A stretch of DNA of 64,000 bases from Octopus sinensis (GCF_006345805.1 NC_043011.1:35166464-35230463); one strand, 5' to 3'. Positions 1-14,427 are shown, counted from the stretch's first letter. The notes: generated from the sequence alone by a model not told the origin. A program made the numbers and translations.

Positions 1-198
1 TCTAATTGCTTATCTCCCTTTCTTGTGGGTTAATAGACTATTCTATGGAAGAGATTTTCGGTAATATCTAAATTTCATTCATCTTCGTTTATTTTTAAAC
101 CGTCTTAAAACTAAAATTTGTTATAAAGTAAAAGAAGCTTTCAATCTGCGGATACGAATAAATGTGTGATTATATCACAAAGAGCTATCGAGCTAAAA

Positions 199-787
199 GG
201 CAGCGAGCTGGCAGAATCGTTAGCAGGCCGGGCGAAATACTTAGCGGTATTTCGTCTGCCGTTACGTTCTGAGTTCAAATTCCGCCGAGGTCGACTTTGC
301 CTTTCATCCTTTCGGGGTCGATTAAACAAGTACCAGTTACGCACTGGGGTCAATATAATCGACTTAATCCGTTTGTTAGTCCTTGTTTGTTCTCTCTGTG
401 TTTAGCCCCTTGTGGGTAGTAAAGAAATAGGTATTTCGCCTGCCGCTACGTTCTGAGTTCAAATTCCGCCGAGGTCGACTTTGCCTTTCATCCTTTCGGG
501 GTCGATAAAATAAGTACCAGTTTCGCACTGAGGTCGATGTAATCGACTTAATCCGTTTGTCTGTCCTTATTTCTCCCCTCTGTGCTTAGACCCTTGTGAG
601 TAGTAAAGAAATGGGTATTTCGTCTGCCGTTACGTTCTGAGTTCAAATTCCACCGAGGTCGACTTTACTTTTCATCCTTTCGGGGTCGATAAATTAAGTA
701 CGAGTTACGCACTGGGGGGTCGATGTAATCGACTTAATTCCTTGTTTGTCCCCTCTATGTTTAGCCCCTTGTGGGCCATAAAGAAAT
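199..787 (+). mobile_element. SINE family B trimer (one full unit plus two 5'-truncated units) flanked by a 19-bp TSD
   Basis: The head GGCAGCGAGCTGGCAGAATCGTTAGC and B-box GAGTTCAAATTCC are present. Units restart at GTATTTCG at 431 and about 614. TSD is AAGAGCTATC(G/A)AGCTAAAA at 180-198 and 788-806. Confidence 0.9.
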
Positions 788-1529
788 AAGAGCTATCAAG
801 CTAAAATAAAGTGAAGCCTTACACCCTTATCCAATGCGGAAAAATAAAATGATAACGAAAAAGAAGTTTGCATAGAAATATTAATTTTAGCATCGACAAA
901 ATATCTTAAATTTGTGAGGAGGATAAAAATCGATTTAGATCGACCAAATTTCTGCTTGTAATTATTTTCTCCCCTCTAGACGGTTGAAGTATGAATTTAA
1001 CTTTGACGGATTCGAAATCAAAACGGAAAATGCAAAACTACTTATGATCAGGCTTTTGTCCAGTGAGCGATCAGTTCTCCTGATTTACTAATACCAAATG
1101 GTCATTGTAAACTTCTTTTACCTCTTTACAGTCATTGGAATATGGCCATGCTGGGGCACTGTCAGGAAGAGTTTAGAGTTTAGTTTATTCAGTCTCTTTT
1201 ACCGAACTGCTAAATTACAGGATCTTATACCACCCATCATTGTTGTCAAGCTGTATTGGCAGAGGGAACAAACACTAAGACATACATGCACACGTTTAGA
1301 TATATTCTTTTATTCTTTTGCATCAGTCATTTTATTGCGGCCATGCTGGAGCACTACCTTTAGTCGAGCAAATCGACCCCACGATTTATTCTTTGTAAGC
1401 CTACTAATCCTATCGGTTTCTTATGCCGAACCGCTAAGTTACGGGGACGTAAACACACCAGCATCGGTTTTGAAGCGATGTTGGGGGGACAAACACAGAC
1501 ACACAAACATCTACACACACATACGTATA

Positions 1530-1716
1530 GATCGGTAGCCACTACACACACATTTTTTCCTCTCCTTGTTTTTTTTTTCTGTGTCCCTTTCTATTGAAGA
1601 GCGTAGGCTCGAAACGTAAAAGACTTTTTCAATTCCTGAGCGTTATACTAATACATCTGTTTGTTTTGTACACCACATGTCTTCATCTTTTGCTTTTTTC
1701 GTGAACTCTCCCTATA
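1530..1716 (+). mobile_element. Penelope-like element 3' tail, family 1
   Basis: Homologous to 15850-16015 (-) and to the 3' end of the RT/GIY-YIG element at 34000-34160. It ends at a (TA)n array. Confidence 0.7.
1587..1622 (+). ncRNA. hammerhead-ribozyme-like motif (degenerate core)
   Basis: CTTT-CTATTGA-A-GAGC GTAG GCTC-GAAA-CGT-A-AAAG. Stems I and II pair, but the core has G5A and A6U changes. Confidence 0.5.
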
Positions 1717-1899
1717 TATATGTATATATATATATGTATACAACGGGTTTCTATCAGTTTCCGTCTACCACATCCACTCAAGACTTTGGTCGGCCCCAGG
1801 CTATAGTAGAAGATAGTTGCTCAAGGTGTCACACAGTGAGACTGAACCCGGAACCATGTGGTTGGTAAACAAGCTACTTACTACACAGCCACTCCTGCA

Positions 1900-2813
<914 letters not shown>

Positions 2814-2814
2814 G

Positions 2815-2970
2815 ACAGGCTTCCGCACACTTTCCTACTACCAAATTCACACACTAGGTATTAGTCGGCCCAGGTGCCAAAGAAAGAACTTGCACATGGT
2901 GCCGCGCTGTGAGACTGAAACGGTGCCACCGTTGCAAAGCGATCTTCTTAACTGCAGAGCCATGCCTATT
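2815..2970 (-). mobile_element. SINE A 5' part (diverged)
   Basis: Similar to the reverse complement of the SINE A head and body at 4002-4165. Confidence 0.7.
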
Positions 2971-4001
2971 AAGAAAAAAAAAACCGGTCTAATAACAAAT
3001 TTTTGAGATGTAGGAACAGAAATAGAAATAAATGATTTTCTTGTAAATTTAAAAGAAGAGAAACACACAAACAAAAAATGAAAGAGGACACAGTAATTAA
3101 ATTATAACAAAAAAAATTTCGGTTTCTCTAGTTTCTATAGCGAATGATTTTTTTGCATCCTTCATTTCTATTTTTAATCAACTATTTTACAAATCTCATT
3201 GTGAACTAAAACGAAAGAAATGAATATAGCTATCTTCATTCAGAAACAGATTCCCGATGTACAATAGACAAGCAACAAAATTATGTTCGTGATTTTTTTT
3301 TTTTCAAGAGCAACAACAATAATAATCACAACTTGGGCATCATTCATAACATCTGACATTGAATTTTTCAGCTGAATTTTCGATGTCAGCAACAGCTAGA
3401 ATCATTCCAAAAGATTAATTAAGAGCACTGAAGATAGAAAAAAAAAAAAAAAGGACAGAAAACAAACAATGAAATTCACACTGAACATCGAAACAGAGAA
3501 AATCTCGATGAGAACAATGATATATACTCGATAAACTTGACATGTTACTCAACAAAAATATTTAAAAAAAAGACTTGTAAAATGAAGCAAGGACAGTTGA
3601 AAATTTGAAACATAGAATTAGACAGAATATTGGTTTATATTGATTTCTGTTTTATTAAGCTTTAAAATCCTAATTTTTGTTTTTTGTTTTTAGATAAGAA
3701 AAAGAAAATAATAAAATCAGAAAATAAATGGGAAATTGTAGCGTTTGCACCTTTTTTTTTCTTTTCACAAATTTTTAATATTTGTAGCACAAGTGAAGTA
3801 CATTAACTATCTTACACACACACACACAGATAGAAATATTGTATTATATTATTTGTAAGTTCAATACGTTCCGGAATTGTCAAGGATACGCTTCAATTTT
3901 TTTTCCGAAATTAAATAGAATCAATAAAATACTGATGAATACACACGTACATGATAAACAAATTTAATAATGATAATGATAGTAATGTAATATAAATAAA
4001 A

Positions 4002-4164
4002 AGGCGCAGGAGTGGCTGTGTGGTAAGTAGCTTGCTAACCAACCACATGGTTCCGGGTTCAGTCCCACTGCGTGACATCTTGGGCAAGTGTCTTCTGCTA
4101 TAGCCCCGGGCCGACCAATGCCTTGTGAGTGGATTTGGTAGACAGAAACTGAAAGAAGCCTGTC

Positions 4165-4252
<88 letters not shown>

Positions 4253-4447
4253 TGTTTGTCCCCCTAGCATTGCTTGACAACCGATGCTGGTGTGTTTACG
4301 TTCCCGTCACTTAGCGGTTCAGCAAAAGAGACCGATAGAATAAGTACTGGGCTTACAAAGAATAAGTCCCGGGGTCGATTTGATCGACTAAAGGCGGTGC
4401 TCCAGCATGGACGCAGTCAAATGACTGAAACAAGTAAAAGAGAGAGT
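4002..4447 (+). mobile_element. SINE family A, full length
   Basis: A-box-like TGGCTGTGTGG and B-box-like GGTTCAGTCCC, internal (TA)n(TG)n, and a 3' module ending GAAACAAGTAAAAGAG. Many copies occur in the window. Confidence 0.9.
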
Positions 4448-4759
4448 ATCATAGTGCATTACTTTGGGCTCACCCGTTATATATGTATGAATATAAGTAT
4501 ATATATCGTTGCTATTATGCTAAACTGTCATATGTACAAATTTAGCCAAATGTGGTTTTTTCAATATTTATTCTTGCCTGCAGTAGCCAGTTCTTTTCGC
4601 TAAACTATCGTATCTCCAGCTGCTTCAGATGCCAAGATATCAAAAATTGCCAAAGTGTAGTACAACGGTTTCGCTATGGAATGGTGAAATTATTTTTTCG
4701 TATTTAAAACAAAGCAACGTTTTGGACTTACGACACTTTTGCATAATAGAATCGATATA

Positions 4760-5303
4760 TCTATTATATAAAATCCGTTCTGTCTGTCTGTGTGTGTCTT
4801 CTAGGATCTCGGGCATCCTCCATCCGACTGCGCTCAAATTTGATATGTAGATACCGACGGTATCAGGGCGTTTATAAGTCTTGAAAAAATTACAAAAGTC
4901 GATTCCAGGTGAGAATGCGATCGATAAAGCCGTTTTTGTCCTGCTTTCCTTCCGTCAACCTGTACATAACTTCGCATTTTTTGTTGTTTTTGTACTGCTT
5001 AAAGGCACGTTTCTTTCCTGCCAAGCTTACTGTTTAAATCATGTTTGTGTTCTCCCAGTCAACAGCCTTATCATTACTAATACTTTAAACTCTTCGGTTG
5101 CATATTTGTGTGAATAAATTCTTTGGAATAGAAAAAAGTCTATCTTTATTTCTTCTTTTGCTGGTGTCTCAAATTTAGGTTAAATCAGTGTTTCTCAAAG
5201 GGGAGGCCTATGGGACGGTCGGACAAGTTGTTTTGAGAAAATTTGGTTTGAATGTTCGACAACCCAGTACCGTCCATTGGACGGCGGGCGTTTTCCTCGC
5301 TAT
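4760..5303 (+). mobile_element. non-autonomous Helitron-like element
   Basis: 5' A|TCTATTATATAAAA...CTGTCTGTCTG start. Subterminal hairpin CCGTCCA-T-TGGACGG at 5270-5284 is followed by CTAT (degenerate CTAG). Confidence 0.55.
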
Positions 5304-5634
5304 CATATATATATATTAGAATACGATCATTGTATTTGAAAAAATAGAATACAGTCATAGTATTTGAGAAAAGATTTTCTTCAATTAAGAATTATTAATT
5401 ATATTTGAATATTAAAGCAACAACAAAAGAAACGGAACGACACGAACCTTCTGAGGGATGCTTTTGTGTTGTGTGTGTAAAATGTTGTAACCTCGCTTGC
5501 ACAATACAAAAACTTCTTTTCGAAAGGTTCGTGTTACTTGTTATTTCGTTTCTTTAAAAAAATTTTTTGTGTATTCATAATTTTAAAAATTTTAAATCCT
5601 GTTTCCTCACACATATTTTATTTTTTTCGATCAT

Positions 5635-6010
5635 TAGATTTTGGTCATGCTGCAGCACCATCTCGAAGAATGTTTAGACGAATCAGTCGACCTCAATGCT
5701 TACATTTCTAAAGCCTGATACTTATACTATCGATCTCTTAGAACGAACCGCTGATTATGGAGACGTAAATACACCAACACGGGTTGTCAAGCGGTTGTGC
5801 GGGAAAACACAGACACAATGCCACACAAATACACACACGCACAGAGCGATAAATGGTAGTCTTCTGTTAGTTTCCGTTAACCAATTCCACCCAGAAGACT
5901 TTGGTCGGCACGAGGCTATAGTTGAAGACACTTGCCTAAGGTGCCACGCTAGCAAGCTGAACCTAGAACCATGTGACTGGGAAGCAATCTTGTTTCCGCA
6001 CACCTGTGCC
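5635..6010 (-). mobile_element. SINE A, diverged copy
   Basis: Recognisable SINE A 3' module, microsatellite and head in reverse orientation. Confidence 0.75.
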
Positions 6011-6045
6011 TATATATGTATATATACACACGCACACACACACAA

Positions 6046-6079
<34 letters not shown>

Positions 6080-6112
6080 TATATATATATATATATATAC
6101 ATACATATATAT

Positions 6113-6210
<98 letters not shown>

Positions 6211-6284
6211 ATGTATATTTGTAAACAAACGCAGAAGGCTTTGTAAGATACAGACAAAAAGTTACTATGGAGCCATGTTAACGA

Positions 6285-6615
6285 TGATTTATGGGTTCGA
6301 TTCTGGTTGTTGCTACTTACTTTGATACTTTGATAGGTTTCGGCCATTATTGGCCCAGGCCATGTCTAACTTAATAGCACCACCTGGTGAAGTCTTTCAA
6401 GTCAGAATTTGGGCACTATGGCCCACTCAAGTAGAGAGTTATTGTTTACAGAGACATATCCGGGTGTAGGGGGTTTATCCGGGATTTCTTGAAGGAATCT
6501 GTCCAAAGACTTCTTGAACCCTATAGGGTCAGTTTCTGTTTTAATGTGTTTTGGTGTAATGTTAAAGAGAGCGGGGCCAATTGAGGTGAAATAATTGTGC
6601 TAGCTCATCATTTCT
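6285..6615 (-). mobile_element. CR1/L2-like LINE 3' end
   Basis: The minus frame reads LFNITPKHIK...FKKSLDRFLQEIPDKPPTPGYVSVNNNSLLEW, typical of a CR1-group ORF2 C-terminus. Confidence 0.6.
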
Positions 6616-6684
6616 CAGTCATTTGTATGTATTTATAAATTGTCACTTCAAACCGGAGAATAAAATATTATGTTATCATATAGT

Positions 6685-6737
<53 letters not shown>

Positions 6738-6838
6738 ACAATATGGAACACATACACAAGGTATCTGTGTTCAATATTTTTTATATCTCCGAGCTGCTGC
6801 TAATTCATACTTGAATATTATATATATACATATACATA

Positions 6839-6906
<68 letters not shown>

Positions 6907-6907
6907 A

Positions 6908-6971
<64 letters not shown>

Positions 6972-7368
6972 TGATAAAGGGAGAGAGAGAGAGGATAAAG
7001 GTACTCAGTGATAAGCATCTTGGCAACCACCTGACAGAAATAGCCATAAAACCTGTCCCTTACAACCCCTTAGTCAAAACCTTGAACGTGAAAATCAAGG
7101 GCAGTAGTTTTGAAGGTGAAGGAGGCGCCTTGGACGGCTTCACTCTGGAGGACTCCTATGAGGCCTTCACAAATTGGCCGGGGTTTTACCACAAGTGAGT
7201 TGAAATTAAGGAGTCTTGAATTGACAGAAATTAGAATTATGTACTTCTTTGAAATGTCTGAAAACTTCTGGAATGCACTTTGTATATTTAAACAAATGAC
7301 ATATAGAACTAGCAATAAACAGGAACCGACTGGACGGTCAAAGTTGGAACGATTTGACCGTAACGATA

Positions 7369-7590
7369 CGAGGTGGTGCTGAAAAGTTTCTGGCTTTGAG
7401 TAAAAGAAAATACAGGAGGATCAGTAAATTATGATTTTATTCAATATATTCCCCTCTCAGAATCACGCACTTATTGCAGCAATCCTTCAGTTTTTCTAAG
7501 CCTTGTGAAAGAACTCGGAAGGTCGAGCCTCCAACCAAGGCCTTTCGTGATGCCTTTAAAGCCAGGAACTTTTCAGCACCCCCCCCCACG
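7369..7590. mobile_element. mariner-derived MITE
   Basis: TIRs CGAGGTGGTGCTGAAAAGTTTCTGGCTTT and AAAGCCAGGAACTTTTCAGCACCCCCCCCACG, with TA on both flanks. Confidence 0.85.
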
Positions 7591-8189
7591 TAAATGATAA
7601 CAGAAATGATGTGCGTGAACAATGACAGATTCTCTCCACAGTCCCTGGGGTTATAAGAAATGGAAACTAAATCAATTCAAAATCGCATTCTTCCATCTTC
7701 GATAAATGGCGCAGCGGCCTATGGTACTCGTTGATAGAGAGAAAACGCTGCAAGATCACAGATCGAATGTATTTGTTTATAGGGCTGATCATGGAAAATT
7801 GAAACAACACGAATAAATCAATAAATAAAGGCGCCAACGACAACAGAAATGATCACAACGAAATAACTAGGTATTGAATATTGCTTCAATATGATGTGTT
7901 ATAATAAAAATGTGAGATTAATTTGTGATCGTGGTTTCAGAAAACATGATCAAAAATCCCGTCAGAACCTGAAAAACTGATAACAAACTCTTGTTTCTTC
8001 TTTTGCCATACACACTCACGCGCGCACAGACACACACACATACACATGCAATTCTTATTAAAACAGCATATCGAACGTCTGTTGATGTGCGTTAAGTTTG
8101 GTCAAGCTAGAATTAAATAGATAATGTCGCTCGATATTATTTAAGTATGCAAGTAAGTATTGCATTTGTTTATACGCATGTACACACAT

Positions 8190-8517
8190 GCTGCTGAGAC
8201 CCCCTTCGGCCATGACTGACCATGGGATTGCACCTTGAAAGTTACCCTCTCAGGCACAAGTCCGGGCAAGGTTGTTTATGGAAGACCAGCAGTCGCACAT
8301 GCATACCGGCCTTCCCTCTCCACGCCACCAGAGTTATCCAAGGGAAAGGCAATGGCCGATACAGCTTGGGAACTCATTTCTACAGTTGAGTGAACTTCAG
8401 CAACGTGAAATAAAGTGTCTTGCTCAAGAACACAACACGCAGCCGGGTCCGGGATTCGAACTCACATCCTCACGATCGTAAGCGCGACGCTCAACCCACT
8501 GAGCCATGCGCCTTCAC
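8190..8517 (-). mobile_element. SINE family D (tRNA head, RTE-like tail)
   Basis: Minus-strand head GTGAAGGCGCATGGCTCAGTGG...GAGTTCGAATCCCG. Tail GGTGCAATCCCATGGTCAGTCATGGCCGAAGGGGGTCTC. The RTE-type tail assignment is from recall. Confidence 0.75.
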
Positions 8518-8814
8518 TGTATACACATAGAAAGCAGCAAATTAGTAAAGATCAATAGAGTATCGTTAGAATGTTTCGCAGTATTTATATGTATTCTTTG
8601 CGCTATGTGTTCAAATCCCACCTAGGTAAACCTTTTATTTCCTCTTTTCGAGATCCATAGAATGTACCATTCTTGGGCAGTATATTGCCAGAACTGCTAG
8701 ACAGTCAGATGAGATTTCTTGTGGTGTGTCCTCTAGCATTTTATGTTTAAACTGCATTGATGCACCGGCGGCCTTTTTCTTTGATAAGCATTCGATGACA
8801 TAGAAAGTGCAGAC

Positions 8815-9059
8815 TTGCGTGCACCGTTACAGTCGTCAATATAACGGCCGTATAGTTCGGGAGTGGGACCAGTGAAACTTAAGAATATTTGGGCGTCAAC
8901 GTAGCCAACGAACAGGTTCGCATAGTTGGGGACCATTCTCGTTCCCATCGCCATATAATGATTTTGTGTGTGTGTATATATATATATATACAAAGGAGAA
9001 TGGTCCCCAACTATGTGAACCTGTTCGTTGGCTACGTTGAGGCCCAAATATTCTTAAGT
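8815..9059. mobile_element. PLE reverse-transcriptase fragment with 64-bp inverted duplication
   Basis: Minus frame reads [22 protein letters not shown]...PELYGRYIDDC. Arms 8877-8940 and 8996-9059 are 62/64 complementary. Confidence 0.8.
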
Positions 9060-9112
9060 ATAAGTATATGTGTATATATATATATATATGTATGTATGTA
9101 TATATGTATATG

Positions 9113-9204
<92 letters not shown>

Positions 9205-9615
9205 CTTAGAACATTTGAGCTGCAAAAACCGCGCCTTCAGTATTTATTCCAGGCCTGTCCATTCTCTGCAGGAAGGGACCAATTTTGTGCCCTTCCGTTT
9301 CAGCTGTATTTCCGCATGTAGGACTGTAACCACCTTATACACTCATACTTATAATGCAACTCTATTCTTATTTTTCTAAACTTATCACACACACATGCAT
9401 GCACACACGCACACACACACATACATGCAAATAAAGAGGGAGAGAAAGGAGAGGGGACGCAAGAGGATAGAGAGAAGCTTAGGTATAATGTACTAGGTAC
9501 GATTATAGGAAACAAGAGAACTCATTTCATTTCTTTGAGTATGGTATTACATATTAATGCATCAATTTATTTTATGTATGTATATATATATATATATATA
9601 TATTCATATATATAT

Positions 9616-9646
<31 letters not shown>

Positions 9647-9907
9647 ATATATATATATGTCTGTATGTGCACATATATGTATATATGTATATGTGTATGT
9701 GTGCGTGTATGTGTACTATGAATAGGTCTTCGTGTCTCTATCCTCTTTTCTCTTTCCTTATATATCTCTCACTCTGTGTATACATTCATACATACATACA
9801 TTCATACATACATACATATATATATATGTATATGTATATATGTATATATATGTATGTATATATATATATATATATTATATAGATTTATATATATATATAA
9901 ACATGTA

Positions 9908-9946
<39 letters not shown>

Positions 9947-10909
9947 TGTACATATAAAAAAATATTTTTCTCAGTGTAGGTACACACATTCATATATGTA
10001 TGCACACACACACACACATATGTGCGTGTGAGTGTCTTTCTGTACATATGCACACACGCTCATAGTCATATTTATGTGGGTGTGTGCACGCATATACATA
10101 CACACGCACACACAGAAACACACACAAACAAACACACATATATATCGATTGCATTATAAAGATATGAAGTAATATGAATCTAGTAATAAATGTGTAAAAG
10201 TTGATATACAACGCAATAAAAGTGTATAAAAATTGATATACAGCGCAATATAACACAACAAACAGAAAAGAAATTAATTTGATATGAACACGTCGCCATT
10301 TTGTTTTCCAGCGGGAAAATGGAAATAACCACACACCCTCTCTCTCTCTCTCTCTCACACACACACGGTCACGCCTGCGCACACACACGCACAGATACGG
10401 CCACAGATATACACATAAACACACAAATACATACACACTGCTACTTACAAACATTGACACACATTCATTACCGCACGCTCGCGCGCAAGCACACACACTC
10501 ACAGACAAACAGACAGCCAGGCGGGGACACACACACACACACATACACATAAACACGCATATACAAGCACTCATTTTATGTACATCGAAATCGCGTAGAT
10601 ATTTTTACGCATATATATACGCAAACTGCGACGGACACAAATTCATATATTGAAAATAACTACATACACGTACACACGCACACGCACACACGTACACACA
10701 AGTACATACACGCACACTCAAGCACGCACTGACAAACTCAAACACGCATTTATATAAATCAAAAGTATATATATATATATATACATACAAACATACATGC
10801 ATATATATATATATATATATATACATACAAACATACATGCATATATATATATATTAATTTATTTTATCGCACTTCGACTTTGTTTATATATATATATATA
10901 TATATATAT

Positions 10910-10954
<45 letters not shown>

Positions 10955-11598
10955 TGCACAAGCGCATATATCGATCGGGGAATCAACATATACTAATGGA
11001 CAACGTACACATACTCATAAATTTTCAAGGACATACATTGTTGCACAGGCACACGCAAACACGAGCCAACATACTCGAGACACGCACCCACAATAGATTT
11101 TCAAGCATACACGAACACACATCCAGAGTCTAACACATATACACAATGAAAGCCGTATACAATTAAACGGAGTAACGGAGGCGGAATGGATTATAGATGA
11201 AAGAATACATTTATTAAAGAAGAGATAATAGAGAATTAATAACTGATCCGTGAGGGCATGTTGTCAATGGTAACGATGCAGGGTGTATGTGTGTACGGGG
11301 TGGGTATTGGTGATGACATTACGATTGCGAGGCTATAATTGTCCTGTAAATACATACATACATACACCCGTATGTGATCGTATATATCGCACGTATGCGA
11401 ACATACGTACGTACATATTTACATACATTACACATACATACACCCATACGCTCGCACACACACACACAGATACGCACACACACACACATACACACACCAC
11501 ACACACACACACACACACAAGCATGCCTTCATAATGCACGTTTGTATGCACGCACTCATACATATTTACATACATAGATACATTAAACACGTACATAC

Positions 11599-11797
11599 GT
11601 ACAATGCGGTATGATGGTGTTGATAAAACAATGCACAATGCGAACATTGGAAAACACTACTCCAGGATAAACATAGGCAATTCCTCCTGTTAGTGAATGC
11701 ATACATAACATATTTGGCACCGATATAAAGATAATCGGCGCAACGTTTCTCATCGCAAATCTTATTTCAAGTGCAAACATAAAAGGTATGTTACTCT
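11599..11797 (-). CDS. candidate internal exon of an unidentified minus-strand gene
   Basis: Acceptor CTGATTTTTCGTTTCTTCTCAG| and donor TAC|GTATGT. Only one frame is open (SNIPFMFALEIRFAMRNVAPIIFISVP...GGIAYVYPG...). No homology recognised. Confidence 0.25.
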
Positions 11798-12305
11798 CTG
11801 AGAAGAAACGAAAAATCAGGAACAATCAGAGAGATCAAACTGCTTCATATGTAACATTTCTTTTGAAATTAATGAAAAACACTATATTTACGGTTAATGG
11901 CATCTAATCCTGCAGCTTCTCTATCTAGATTAAAACATCACATCTATAGCGATTATTATTGGCGCATTATGCTTAGCGAAAAAGCTAAGGTTTTCAAACC
12001 ATAGCGAATGACCAGCTACCATAGACGCTACAAATACAATTTGTAATTGGAACGATAGAGATATGAAAAACATCTCTAAGATTTAGCATATAATATTCAT
12101 TGTTTTAGTAATTGAAATTACGACGATGAAGGTTTATTTTTCTCCGTCTGAATCCAGTTCCCCGCTCAGAGGGAGAATCCAGGTAATTAGGAGAAATATA
12201 TAACATACATGCATAAACAAAAACCACACACAAAGCACGCATGCGCAGCCGACTATATGTGTTTATGTATGAATTAATATATAGATACCTTCATATATCT
12301 ATCTA

Positions 12306-12377
<72 letters not shown>

Positions 12378-12378
12378 T

Positions 12379-12427
<49 letters not shown>

Positions 12428-12560
12428 GTAAATATATATATATTATATATATATTATATTATATATATATATATATATATATGAATATATATATATAATA
12501 TGCATCTATAACGTTATCGTATATGCATACATATAATAATGTGTGTGTATATAAATATAT

Positions 12561-12865
12561 GTGGAGGCACATGGCCTAGTGGTTAGAGCAGCGGACACGC
12601 GGTCGAGGGATCGCGGGTTTGAATCTCAGACAGGGTGATGTGTGTGTTTATGAACGAAACCCTTAAGTTCCACGCGGCTCCGGCAGAAGGCAATGGCGAA
12701 CTTCTGATGACACTTTCGCCACAAATTTCTCTCACTCTTTCCTCCTGCATCTTGCAGCTCACCTGCGACGGACCGGTGTCCCGTCCAGGTCGGGGAACCT
12801 TTACGCCAAGGAAACCGGGAAACCGGCTATTATGAGCCAGCCATGACACGAGAAGGAACAAACAA
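12561..12865 (+). mobile_element. SINE family E (tRNA head, L2-like tail)
   Basis: Head TGGCCTAGTGG...GGTTTGAATC and tail CCTGCGACGGAC...GGAAACCGGGAAACCGG..TATGAGCC. A second copy is at 22198-22490. Confidence 0.8.
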
Positions 12866-13237
12866 TATATATGTATACAGGTATGTATATGTGAACGAAT
12901 AAGTATATAAAGGCGTTGCTTCCCAACCATATCGTTCTGGGTTCAGTACCACAGCGCGGGCAAGTATTTACTATTACCGCTTCGGGCCGATCTAATATTT
13001 GTGAGTGGATTTAGTTGACGGTAACTGAAAGAAGCCGTTGCATATATATTCCCGTTCCAGATATGACCATAACTGTCTGACGAACCGGGACGTGAAACTC
13101 TGAGTAACAGCTCTATGATAATTTTGCCGGTTTAAAAAAAGTATATACCTTTGGTATTCGAGTACTATTCCCCCCACCCATTTATTTACACTTATGTGAT
13201 CACCTGTATATGTATGGTGTATATATATATATATACA

Positions 13238-13675
13238 TATTTCTTTACTACCCACAAGGGGCTAAACATAGAGGGGACAAACAAGGACAGAGAAAGGGAT
13301 TAAGTCGATTACATCGACCCCAGTGCGAAACTGGTTCTTTATTTATCGACCCCGAAAGGATGAAAGGCAAAGTCGACCTCGGCGGAATTTGAACTCAGAA
13401 CGTAACGACAGACGAAATACCGCTAAGAATTTCGCCCGGCATGCTAACGTTTCTGCCAGCTCGCCACAGTCATTTGACTACGGCCATGCTGGAGCAGCGC
13501 CTTTAGTCGACCAAATCGACCTCAGGACTTATTCTTTGTAAGCCTAGTACTTATTCTATCTGTCTCTATTTCCGAACCGCTAAGTGACAGGGACGTAAAC
13601 ACACCAGCATCGGTTGTCAAGCAATGTTGTGGGGCTGGACAAACACAGGCACAGAAATATATATATATACATACA

Positions 13676-13727
<52 letters not shown>

Positions 13728-14364
13728 CGTATATACGACGGGCTTCTTTCAGTTTTCGTCTACCAAAACCACTCACAAGGCTTTGGTCGGCCTTAGGCTA
13801 TAGTACAAGACACTTGCCCAAGGTGCCACGCAGTAGGACTGAACCCGGAACCATGTGTGTGTGTGTTTGTGTGCGACTGTGTGTGTGTATGTGCGTGTGT
13901 TTGTGTCTGTGTTTGTCCTCCAGCACCACTTGACACACCGGTATTCGTTTCTTTACGTCCATGAAAAATAGCAGTTCGGCAAAAGGACCGAGAAAAGAGG
14001 TGCCGAGGATAAAAGAAATACTGGCGTCGATTCCTTCGTCTAAAAATTATTCAAGGCGGAACAAATCGACCCGAGGACTTATTTATTGTAAGCCTAGTAC
14101 TTATTCTATCGGTCTCCTCTGCCGAACATAACGGGGACATAAACACCCCAAAATCGGTTGTCAAGTCGGGCGAAACGCTTTGCGCTATTTCGTCTGCCAT
14201 TACATTCTGTGTTCAAATTCCGCCGACATTGACTTTGCCTTTCATCCTTGTGGGGTCGATTAAATAAGTACCAGTTACGCACTGGGGTAGGTGTAATCGA
14301 CTTAATCCCTTTGCCTGTCCTTGTTCGTCCCCTTTGTATTTAGCCCCCTGAAGGCAATAAAGAA

Positions 14365-14427
<63 letters not shown>

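Larger units (their letters stand above)
1306..1902 (-). mobile_element. SINE family A (tRNA head, microsatellite, 3' module) with a PLE tail inserted in its microsatellite
   Basis: Reverse complement of the intact copy at 4002-4447, interrupted at about 1530-1716. Confidence 0.85.

Noticed and set aside
141-405. Recurring ORF peptides such as RPRKDERQSRPRRNLNSER and LPNPLTRHWSARGYSRRHLPK
   Set aside because: They are chance frames across SINE A and B consensus sequences.
10283-10300. YY1-like CGCCATTTTG motif as a promoter signal
   Set aside because: It is a single short motif with no supporting transcript start or CpG island.
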